Assembly (NCBI GenBank): GCA_965203985.1
Contig: CBDBDS010000005.1
Location: forward strand, 10,074-74,073
Length of the DNA: 64,000 nt
Reading direction: 5' to 3'
From: Dehalococcoidia bacterium
GTDB lineage: Bacteria > Chloroflexota > Dehalococcoidia > Lucifugimonadales > UBA3495
Of the stretch, positions 17,530-25,508 are shown piece after piece (position 1 is the first letter of the stretch; each line of letters opens with the position of its first letter). Below the pieces are notes generated by a model. It had not been told where the DNA came from, searched no databases, and saw only the letters and a program-made list of their open reading frames with translations. The position numbers and the translations under genes are program-made.

Positions 17530-19677
17530 CTAGGCAGCGACCGCTTCGGTCGCTTCCGGGTCTAGGATTGCTGCCAACCTATCCAAGATTTGCCGCCATT
17601 CCCTTTCGACAAGTTCCTGCACCATCGCCTGAAAATCCCGGTCGCTGTTGGAAAACCAGCTTTTGTGGTACTGCGCCACGTCGTCGCGATACCCATACCC
17701 TTGCCCCCATCGGCTATCGCAGAGCCCCCAGAATTCCGAATCTGGCTTTAAGTGCTGGATATAGATTCTCTTTCCCAGCAACTCACTCCGCATCAAGAGC
17801 GTGTTGACACCGTCTTCCAGAATACGGCGAGATTGTCCTATCAGATCGAAAGCTGGTTTGAGTTCCTCATTTTCGAGGATAATCTCGATTCTCGCTCTGA
17901 AATTCTCCAGTTTGGGAACAACTGATCTGGCTGCCATCACTCGCGCACCGTAGCCCAAGTGGTGCGAGTAATTGAGGTTGTACCAGTCTCCTTGACGCCG
18001 GACGCTTGCTCTGACGGAACTCGCATATGCCCCATTGATGGCAGCGATAAGGTTTCCCTCCAAAGACCCGGTGAGGCCATCAATTTCCTGATTGTTCTCC
18101 AACCATCTCCACACTGGCCGAGCCGCTTGTTGATAGACTTCTTGCACCTGCGCCTCGGCAAAGTTTGCTACCAAGGCATTTGCGCCGTCTATCACTTCCT
18201 CCAGCCTGATGCGGTGCATATTCCTGACTCCCTGTATCAACCGCAACAGGAAATTGGTCGCTGGTTGAAGATCATCTTCGCGCGCGTTGAAGAATTCCAT
18301 GTCGGCATAGGGAAGGTTTTGGTGCTCCAATAATGACCTTGCATCCTCTCCCTTGAGTACGTATCCCTCGGCCGTGTCATCTGCTTTGTTTCCCTGGTCA
18401 TCTTTCACATCAGATGCCTCATCGTGACGGGGCAGCACCAAAACCGCCGCTTGGGTTCCCATATCAGCGAAACCACCATCTACCGCACGGCGCAACAGGC
18501 TTTGCACATCGGTTGAAGGCGCATCGGCGAAGGAAGAACAGAGCATCACTACCGCGCGGCGGTCGTTGAAATGAGCCTCCAAATCTGCACGCTCCGCTGT
18601 GGCGTAGATGCCCTTGGTGTCCACCAAGCAAACTGACAGATCTTCCTCACCAAGGATTTTCTCTGGCACTACGATGTCGATGCGCGTAGGCAGCGAAAAT
18701 TCGGGATGTCGGCCGTTGTTCAGCTGCTCAAACGTTTCTTTCAGCCAAAGCTTTTGTTCTTTCCCTGAAATTTCGGGATACCAAAGCCTACGTCCTGTCC
18801 GTTCTTGGGGACGTATCCGGGACAGAATTTCTCCGGTCAGAGTATTGGGATCGGGGAAATCCTTCGCCATCTCCGCGACCGGGTCAATACGCTGTCGCTT
18901 GCCGTCAGGCAATAGTATATTGCTACGAGTTAGACCGCTCATATTGCGAATCGCACGATCAATCTCAGTTGAGGTTCCTTGAGAGTCCTCCTCTCCCGCC
19001 ACTTGTTCCGGTTCTTCTCCCAATGGCTTGGTAAAGGAACTCGCGAATTCCAGAACTTCCCGGTGAAACTCGTCCGCCTTCATTGGTTCAACATAGAAGC
19101 CATAGCCACTACCCTGCATTACGCGAACCTCGCAGACAGTGGTTCCCCCACCAGCTGTTTCTAGTAATGGCTCGCTCTTGCCGTCTTTTGAAACCTCAAG
19201 CCCGGCTATTCGGCACAAAGCCGTGGTCTTCCCTACGCCTCTTTTTCCCACGAATGCGATATTGTGTTCTGTTTTGGAAACCAGTCTTGCCGCGTCCTTG
19301 AGTTCAGAACCAAATGTCTTCAGGCGCTCGGCAAACACGTTCTTGATGTCAGGACTTTCGGCAAGATCCGTGACTCTTTGCAGAGCCTGCTCCCCTTCCC
19401 AGAGAATTTGCTCGTCAGGATGACCGAGCGGAGGGCGATCCAAGTGCTGCCACACTCGTTCAACCGTTTCCTTGAAGTCCAGCGCTTCCTCGGTGCCGAT
19501 TGCGTCCAGAATGGAGTCCCGCTCTTCGGCAGACAAGGGGCGCTCGCCGGATTCAACACGGGACAGGACCGCGGGACTCCAGGTCACTTTGCTGGCGAGT
19601 TCATTTTGTTTGAGGCCGGCCTTCTCCCTGAGACGCGCCAGGTAGGCGCCGATTTCGGTGGCGGTCGCGGTGGTCAT
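17530..19677 (-). CDS. XRE-HTH fused to dynamin-like P-loop GTPase
   Basis: N-terminal LARLREKAGLKQNELA..SRVESGER; G1 GKRGVGKTT, G2 GTTVCEV, G3 VDTKG; long helical C-terminus; lower GC. Confidence 0.75.
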   Translation of the reverse strand: MTTATATEIGAYLARLREKAGLKQNELASKVTWSPAVLSRVESGERPLSAEERDSILDAIGTEEALDFKETVERVWQHLDRPPLGHPDEQILWEGEQALQRVTDLAESPDIKNVFAERLKTFGSELKDAARLVSKTEHNIAFVGKRGVGKTTALCRIAGLEVSKDGKSEPLLETAGGGTTVCEVRVMQGSGYGFYVEPMKADEFHREVLEFASSFTKPLGEEPEQVAGEEDSQGTSTEIDRAIRNMSGLTRSNILLPDGKRQRIDPVAEMAKDFPDPNTLTGEILSRIRPQERTGRRLWYPEISGKEQKLWLKETFEQLNNGRHPEFSLPTRIDIVVPEKILGEEDLSVCLVDTKGIYATAERADLEAHFNDRRAVVMLCSSFADAPSTDVQSLLRRAVDGGFADMGTQAAVLVLPRHDEASDVKDDQGNKADDTAEGYVLKGEDARSLLEHQNLPYADMEFFNAREDDLQPATNFLLRLIQGVRNMHRIRLEEVIDGANALVANFAEAQVQEVYQQAARPVWRWLENNQEIDGLTGSLEGNLIAAINGAYASSVRASVRRQGDWYNLNYSHHLGYGARVMAARSVVPKLENFRARIEIILENEELKPAFDLIGQSRRILEDGVNTLLMRSELLGKRIYIQHLKPDSEFWGLCDSRWGQGYGYRDDVAQYHKSWFSNSDRDFQAMVQELVEREWRQILDRLAAILDPEATEAVAA

Positions 19678-19719
19678 ATCACTGCTCTCCTTTCAGCACC
19701 GGCTCTCTGCGCCGGCTTG

Positions 19720-19788
19720 ATGCAGCAACGATATGCCAATTATCTGGTGTTTGTCAACATCGTTGCAGCAACGTTGCTGCAACGATGT
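19720..19788 (-). promoter_or_regulatory. sigma70-like promoter overlapped by GTTGC(A/T)GCAAC operator boxes and a perfect 32-bp palindrome
   Basis: Minus-strand TTGACA 19757-19752 and TATCGT 19733-19728; palindrome acatcgttgcagcaac|gttgctgcaacgatgt at 19757-19788; partial box at 19720-19732. Confidence 0.7.
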
Positions 19789-19802
19789 GTGGCCCTCTCG
19801 GG

Positions 19803-20873
19803 TCAATCACTCAGCAGCCGCACCACTTCATCGCCCACCTGCTGGGTGCCGGCGTTTCCGCCCAGGTCACCGGTGACGACCCTACGCTGGTTCAGTGTCT
19901 GCAGCGCAGCCGCGTTGACACGGTCGGCCGCGTCTGTTTCGCCCAGGTGATCCAGCATCATGGCCACCGCGAAGATCGTCGCCAGTGGGTTGGCCAGGCT
20001 CTTGCCGGTGATGTCGAAGGCCGCTCCGTGCACCGGCTCGAACATCGAGGGGAACGTCCCCTCCGGGTTGATGTTCGCGCTGGGCGCCAGGCCCATGCTG
20101 CCCGTGACCACGGCCGCGATGTCCGAAAGAATGTCCGCGAACAGGTTCGACGCTACGATGACGTCGAAGTCCTCCGGCCACCGCACCAGGTCCATGGCCG
20201 CCCGGTCCACCAGCAGCGACTCCGTCTGCACCTGGGGATACTCTGCGGCCACGTCCTCGAACACCTCGTCCCAGAACACCATGCTGAACGCCTGGGCGTT
20301 GGACTTGGTGACCGAGGTCACCTTGTTCTTGCCACCCCGACGGACGCTGTGCTCGAAGGCGGCCCGGATGATCCGCTCCGTGCCCCGCCGGGTGAACACG
20401 CCGCTCTGGATGACCGTCTCGTGGGCCGTGCCCGCGTACAGCCGGCCGCCCACGGGCGCGTACTCGCCTTCGGTGTTTTCGCGGAAGATCACCATGTCCA
20501 CGTCGCCGGCCGCTTTGCCGGCGATGGGCGACTCGACGCCGGGAAACAGCACCGCCGGCCGGACGCAGATGGCCTGGTCGAAGGCGCGGCGCATGGGCAG
20601 CAGCAGGCCCTGCAGCGTCACGTGGTCAGGGATGTTGGGATCGCCCACCGCGCCGAAGAGCACCGCGTCGCTGGCGGAAAGCTGCTCCAGCCCATCCTCG
20701 GGCATCATCCGACCGGTCTCGCGGTAATAGTCGCTGCCCCAGGGGTACTCGGTGGCGCGGAACGACAGGCCGTCCGTCTGCGCAGCCACCGCGTCCAGCA
20801 CCTTGCGCCCCTCGGCGATCACTTCTGGCCCGATGCCGTCGCCGCCGATGACGGCCAGGTTGTATTCGGCCAT
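19803..20873 (-). CDS. tartrate/D-malate dehydrogenase (decarboxylating), isocitrate/isopropylmalate DH family
   Basis: IGGDGIGPEV, FRENTEGEY, TKSNAQ, SNLFADILSD, SMFEPVHG.A.DI. Confidence 0.92.
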   Translation of the reverse strand: MAEYNLAVIGGDGIGPEVIAEGRKVLDAVAAQTDGLSFRATEYPWGSDYYRETGRMMPEDGLEQLSASDAVLFGAVGDPNIPDHVTLQGLLLPMRRAFDQAICVRPAVLFPGVESPIAGKAAGDVDMVIFRENTEGEYAPVGGRLYAGTAHETVIQSGVFTRRGTERIIRAAFEHSVRRGGKNKVTSVTKSNAQAFSMVFWDEVFEDVAAEYPQVQTESLLVDRAAMDLVRWPEDFDVIVASNLFADILSDIAAVVTGSMGLAPSANINPEGTFPSMFEPVHGAAFDITGKSLANPLATIFAVAMMLDHLGETDAADRVNAAALQTLNQRRVVTGDLGGNAGTQQVGDEVVRLLSD

Positions 20874-20995
20874 TTTGGCTCCTCTGTGGATAAGTATCCA
20901 GTGTCACCAGCAGTCTAGCCCGGCCCGCCGGGGATGTCTATTGCATCGAGTACAATGCACTGAGGCCCTTTGCGTACCTATAGGAGATCACTGCC

Positions 20996-21544
20996 ATGAC
21001 CGCGCCGAAACAAGACCCGCCCGCCGACTGGCAGGACCGGATTGTGTGCGATCCGGAAATACTGGGTGGCAAGCCGACCATCAAGGGCACGGTCATCTCC
21101 GTGGACCTGGTGAACCAGTTGCTGCAGAGGGGATATACCCTCGAAGCCATCGTCGGCAACTACCTTCACGTTACGGAGGAGGCCGTCGAGGCTTGCCGCC
21201 GCTACGGGGAGATGGTGGAACAACAGCGCCGTTCGGAAGAGCGGATGAAAATAGAGAAAGCAACGCCGGAAAAGGTTGCCGACTGGCGGGACCGCATTGT
21301 GTGCGACCCAAGGATTCTAGTGGGCAAACCGACGATCAAAGGCACCAGAATCTCGGTGGAACTGGTCACGGACCGGTTGGCGGGAGGATGGACGGTGTCT
21401 CAGATCCTTGACAACTATTCCCACATTAGGGCGGAGGATGTTGACGCTTGCGTGAAGTACAAGGCGACGGGAGCGTCATTATCCAGGATGCCGTGGGACG
21501 AATACGACGCCTGGATGGCTAACGCCGAGCCGACACAATCATGA
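20996..21544 (+). CDS. tandem double DUF433 protein
   Basis: Two copies of DW.DRIVCDP.IL.GKPTIKGT.ISV.LV. Confidence 0.9.
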   Translation: MTAPKQDPPADWQDRIVCDPEILGGKPTIKGTVISVDLVNQLLQRGYTLEAIVGNYLHVTEEAVEACRRYGEMVEQQRRSEERMKIEKATPEKVADWRDRIVCDPRILVGKPTIKGTRISVELVTDRLAGGWTVSQILDNYSHIRAEDVDACVKYKATGASLSRMPWDEYDAWMANAEPTQS

Positions 21545-21882
21545 GAATTCTGGCAGACGAAAATATGGCGCCGACGTCGATAGCCGAACTGCGGGCCGCC
21601 GACCACGACGTGCATTGGGCCCGTGAAATCTATCGAGGAGCGCCGGACGCGAATCTGCTGGAAATTGCCACCGCTGACGCACGCCTGTTGATAACGTACG
21701 ACAACGACTACGGTGAGTTGGTACGCCGGTCTGGGGCGGCGGCACCTTACGGTGTAATCCTTTTCCGAATTCATGACGACGTGCCGAAAGAAGCCGAAAA
21801 CAAATTCGTCGTGGCCAGTGTAGCTATCCAGGACGACTGGCCGCCCGGCGTGTGGACCATCCAGATCCGACACAGCGAATAG
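21541..21882 (+). CDS. DUF5615 PIN-like toxin
   Basis: ILADENM..HDV..D..LL..A....RLLITYD.DYGEL..GVILFR; ATGA overlap with upstream gene. Confidence 0.9.
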   Translation: MRILADENMAPTSIAELRAADHDVHWAREIYRGAPDANLLEIATADARLLITYDNDYGELVRRSGAAAPYGVILFRIHDDVPKEAENKFVVASVAIQDDWPPGVWTIQIRHSE

Positions 21883-21906
21883 GGGCGAATAATCATTCGC
21901 CCCTAC
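21880..21906. repeat. GTAG-type REP palindrome
   Basis: taggggcgaataatcattcgcccctac; also at 39829 and 58956. Confidence 0.8.
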
Positions 21907-21931
21907 GTAGATTCATAGTTGGTACGCCCGG

Positions 21932-22780
21932 CTACACGTCCCGCTCAATGGGCGCGCCGACGATGCTGCCCCACTCGGTCCACGAGCCGTCGTAGTTGCG
22001 CACGTTGTCGTAGCCGAGCAACTGGCTGAGCACGAACCAGGTGTGGGATGACCGCTCGCCGATCCGGCAGTAGGCGATGGTCTCGCGGCTGCCGTCCACG
22101 CCCCTGCCGCCGTAGAGAGCGCTGAGCTCGTCAGCGGACTTGAAGGTGCCGTCCTCGTTGACCGCCTGTCCCCAGGGAACGTTTGCCGCGCCGGGGATGT
22201 GCCCGTTGCGCTGGGAACCTTCCTGGGGCAGGTTCGGCGGAGCATTCAGCGCGCCGGAGAACTCGTCGGGGGATCGGACGTCAACCAATGCGTGGCTGCC
22301 GCTGTTCACGGCCTGCAGCACGTAGTCCCGCAGGGCGCGCAGGTCGGTGTTCTCCGTGCTGATGCTGTAGCTGGTGGCGGCGTAGGACGGGACGTCGGTG
22401 GTGGTCGGGCGGTTCTCCGCCAGCCACAGGGCGCGGCCGCCGTTCATCAGCTTGACGTCCTGGTGTCCGTAGTACCGCAGTTGCCAGAAGGCCCACGCGG
22501 CAAACCAATTGTTGTTGTCGCCGTAGAGGATGATCGTGGTGTCGGGGCCGATGCCGCTGCCGCTCAGCAGCGCCTCCATCTCGCCGCGGGAAACAATGTC
22601 CCGGGCGACGTTCTGCTGGAGTTGGCTCTGCCAGTTCCAGGTGACGGCCCCAGCGATGTGGCCCTGCTCGTAGGCGGACGTGTCAACGTCGACCTCCACC
22701 AGCCGCACGTTGGCATCGTCGCCGTGCTCGGCCACCCAGTCGGTACTCACCAGGGATTCGGGATGTGCGTATTCAGCCAT
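21932..22780 (-). CDS. sulfurtransferase (tandem rhodanese, SseA/CysA type)
   Basis: YEQGHIAGA, VDVRSPDEFSG, GHIPGA, YCRIGERS, YDGSWTEW. Confidence 0.95.
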   Translation of the reverse strand: MAEYAHPESLVSTDWVAEHGDDANVRLVEVDVDTSAYEQGHIAGAVTWNWQSQLQQNVARDIVSRGEMEALLSGSGIGPDTTIILYGDNNNWFAAWAFWQLRYYGHQDVKLMNGGRALWLAENRPTTTDVPSYAATSYSISTENTDLRALRDYVLQAVNSGSHALVDVRSPDEFSGALNAPPNLPQEGSQRNGHIPGAANVPWGQAVNEDGTFKSADELSALYGGRGVDGSRETIAYCRIGERSSHTWFVLSQLLGYDNVRNYDGSWTEWGSIVGAPIERDV

Positions 22781-22916
22781 AGTTACACCTCTCCTTATAT
22801 TGGGATTGCGGTTGGGACGGTGTTCGTTTTCATCATCTCCGGCCATCAGGGCCGGTTGGCCCATTATACACAGCGGCTTCGGGTCTCCCTGAATTTGGGC
22901 CTCCTTGGAATGCGGT

Positions 22917-23234
22917 TCATTCCAGCAGCAGGAAATCCTTCCGTATCCGATCCAGGAAATTCGCGTCGGTCGCTGCCATGTCGTGCAGTTCCACGATGAT
23001 CGGGAGACTGGATTCGTCGAAGTCCTCGTCCAGATTACCCATGACGGACCAGGGTATTTCTCGACCTCGGTCGTCCAGCATCAGGTCCAGGTCGGAGTAA
23101 CGGCGGGCGCGCCCCTTGGCCCGCGAGCCGTACACCGATACCCTGGCGTCCGGCAACCGCGCGCGGATGATCTCGAGGACCTGCTTCCGGTGCGCCTCGG
23201 GCAGGTCAATGGCGCGGTCGGCTTCATCCGCCAT
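22917..23234 (-). CDS. minimal nucleotidyltransferase (MNT) antitoxin
   Basis: YGSRAKG..RRYSDLDL motif. Confidence 0.9.
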   Translation of the reverse strand: MADEADRAIDLPEAHRKQVLEIIRARLPDARVSVYGSRAKGRARRYSDLDLMLDDRGREIPWSVMGNLDEDFDESSLPIIVELHDMAATDANFLDRIRKDFLLLE

Positions 23235-23637
23235 CGGCTATCCCCTGCTCCATGGCAACCAGCAACGCCCGCGCGTCGGCAGCGAAGGTGGTTGCATTCG
23301 CCGCGATAGCGTAGGCCATCGGTTCGCTGTAAGCATGAACGACTCGGTTGCGGTTTTCCGCGTGCCGCAGCCAATCGGCACACTCCGCAATCAGCCCCAG
23401 GTCGGCCGCTTCCCGCAAACGACGGCGGGGAGACATACGATTTGGGTCCCGGACGGCGGCTACAAATTGCAGGTAGCGTCCCAGCGCAGACGCTGCGGCC
23501 TCAAAGGTAAGAGTAAACCTCAAGATCACCGCGTCCCGCAGGTACGTATTTCCGGGCTCGGCGGCGCGATCTCCCAGGGCTTCTTCCAAGCGGCAGAGGG
23601 CGTCCCGGAAATTTTGCAAGTCAATGTCGGAAGTCAT
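23224..23637 (-). CDS. HEPN toxin (HI0074-like nucleotidyltransferase substrate-binding)
   Basis: RDAVILRF.LTFE, RNRVVH (RX4H) motif; overlaps the MNT gene. Confidence 0.88.
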   Translation of the reverse strand: MTSDIDLQNFRDALCRLEEALGDRAAEPGNTYLRDAVILRFTLTFEAAASALGRYLQFVAAVRDPNRMSPRRRLREAADLGLIAECADWLRHAENRNRVVHAYSEPMAYAIAANATTFAADARALLVAMEQGIADGG

Positions 23638-23732
23638 TTGTCAAGGGTAGCACAGGCAAAGTCGAGGCGGTTTAGGCGAGTGCGACTCGGGCAGGTCCGT
23701 AACGGGCGCAAGGCGACGTTGCTGGTAGCCGC

Positions 23733-23792
23733 GAAACAAAAAAGTAACGCGCACGCAACAGTTTTTTAATCGCCGCGCAACGGACGTTTAAC
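23733..23792 (+). promoter_or_regulatory. GlnR-like box array upstream of amtB1
   Basis: GAAAC-n6-GTAAC-n6-GCAAC-n6-TTAAT-n6-GCAAC-n6-TTAAC. Confidence 0.6.
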
Positions 23793-23897
23793 ACCCTGCG
23801 CCTAGCCTACGGATTGTCACATTCACATGGGACGCCGGTCCACAGCGTTCAGGTCACACGTTGCGCGACGACGCCTCAAATCCGCAAGGAGGCACAA

Positions 23898-25259
23898 ATG
23901 CTTTCGGCCACGAAATCACTTTCAGGCAACGGGGTACTCAGTCACGGCGTCGCCGCGGTGCGAGAGTACCCATTCTCGCTGCGGCGGACGCTGCTGGCGC
24001 TGGCGGTCGGTCTGCTGGCAGTCGGTCTGCTGGCTACCTACAACGCGGTGTTCGCGCAGGATGACGGACCCACCACCGAGTGGCTCAATGGCTACTCCGA
24101 CAACATCGTTACGGTGGTCGCCGCCGCCCTGGTCTTCTTCATGCAGGCCGGCTTCGCCTTCCTGGGCGCCGGTCTCATCCGCTCCAAGAACACCACCAAC
24201 TACCTCACCAAGTCCTTCATGGACTTCGCCATCGCGTCGCTGGGCTTCTGGGCCTTCGGCTTCGCGTTCATGCTGGGCGACACCGCGGGTGGGTTCATCG
24301 GCCTGACCGGCTGGTTCCTGACCTCCGGCGACTACGTGGGCTGGATCTTCCAGATGGTCTTCGCCGCCACCGCCGCCACCATCGTGGCCGGCGCCATGGC
24401 CGAGCGCACCAAGCTGCAGACTTATCTGGCCTACAGCTTCATCGTCTCCGCGCTGATCTACCCCATCTACGGGCACTGGGTCTGGGGCGACGGCTGGCTG
24501 TCTGCAATGGGCGCCCTGGACTACGCCGGTTCCGGCGTGGTGCACGCGGTGGGCGGTTTCGTGGCCCTGACCGGCGCGGTCGTGGTCGGCCCCCGCATGG
24601 GCAAGTTCGTCAACGGCGTGGCGCAGGAGCTGCCCGCGCACAGCACCCCCTTCGTGGTGGTGGGCACCTTCATCCTGTTCTTCGGTTGGTTCGGCTTCAA
24701 CATCGGTTGGGGCGACGACATCGGCCTGAACGCGGTCAACACGCTGCTGTCGGGAGCCACCGGCGCGGTCGTGGCAATGTACATCACGCTGATCGTGAAG
24801 GGCAAGGCCGACATCCTGATGGCGTGCAACGGCGCGCTGGCCGGCCTGGTGGGTATCACCGCGCCCGTGAATTTCGTGGATCCCTGGGCCGCCGTGGTCA
24901 TCGGCGCCATCGCTGCGCCCGTCATGTACGGCTCCGTGATGTTCATGGAGCGGGTCCTCAAAATCGACGACCCGGTGGGCGCCATCAGCGTGCACGGCGT
25001 GACCGGTCTGTGGGGCCTGCTGGCCATTGCCATCTTCCACAAGGACGGTGGCCTGGTGGGCGGCAGCGCGTCGCTGCTGGTGCCGCAGATCGTCAGCATG
25101 GTTGCTGTCCTGGTCTGGTCGCTGGTCACCGGTTTCGCGCTGTTCTTCCTGCTGAAGTTCAGCATGGGCGTGCGCGTCAGCGAAGAGGAAGAGATGCAGG
25201 GCCTGGACATCTCCGAGCACGGCATCCAGACCTACCCCGAATCGGCCGCTACCAGCTAG
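23898..25259 (+). CDS. amtB: ammonium transporter
   Basis: FFMQAGFAFL.AG, FQMVFAAT..TIV.GAMAER, DYAGSGVVH, DDPVGA.SVHG; AAGGAGG RBS. Confidence 0.95.
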   Translation: MLSATKSLSGNGVLSHGVAAVREYPFSLRRTLLALAVGLLAVGLLATYNAVFAQDDGPTTEWLNGYSDNIVTVVAAALVFFMQAGFAFLGAGLIRSKNTTNYLTKSFMDFAIASLGFWAFGFAFMLGDTAGGFIGLTGWFLTSGDYVGWIFQMVFAATAATIVAGAMAERTKLQTYLAYSFIVSALIYPIYGHWVWGDGWLSAMGALDYAGSGVVHAVGGFVALTGAVVVGPRMGKFVNGVAQELPAHSTPFVVVGTFILFFGWFGFNIGWGDDIGLNAVNTLLSGATGAVVAMYITLIVKGKADILMACNGALAGLVGITAPVNFVDPWAAVVIGAIAAPVMYGSVMFMERVLKIDDPVGAISVHGVTGLWGLLAIAIFHKDGGLVGGSASLLVPQIVSMVAVLVWSLVTGFALFFLLKFSMGVRVSEEEEMQGLDISEHGIQTYPESAATS

Positions 25260-25290
25260 CGCACCAATACAGACATTCTCTCTCCTCATG

Positions 25291-25333
25291 GCGAGGGCCG
25301 GGGGTTGTGGCCACCTCCGGCTCTCGTTTTTTT
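25291..25333 (+). terminator. intrinsic terminator after amtB1
   Basis: gagggccggggg..ttgt..ccacctccggctctc hairpin followed by T7. Confidence 0.75.
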
Positions 25334-25508
25334 GACTCCTCAGGTATTGCCCCCGCGGCGACGGTCCATAGGCGAGGCTATGCGGGCTCTACTGCCACAA
25401 ACGCCGTAGAATTGACAAGCCCAAAAGGCAGCGTATACGATCTCAATCGTATAATAGTGGAACCGCGTTGCTGGACCGCGGGATCTTTGACCGCCCAGGT
25501 GCTACCCC

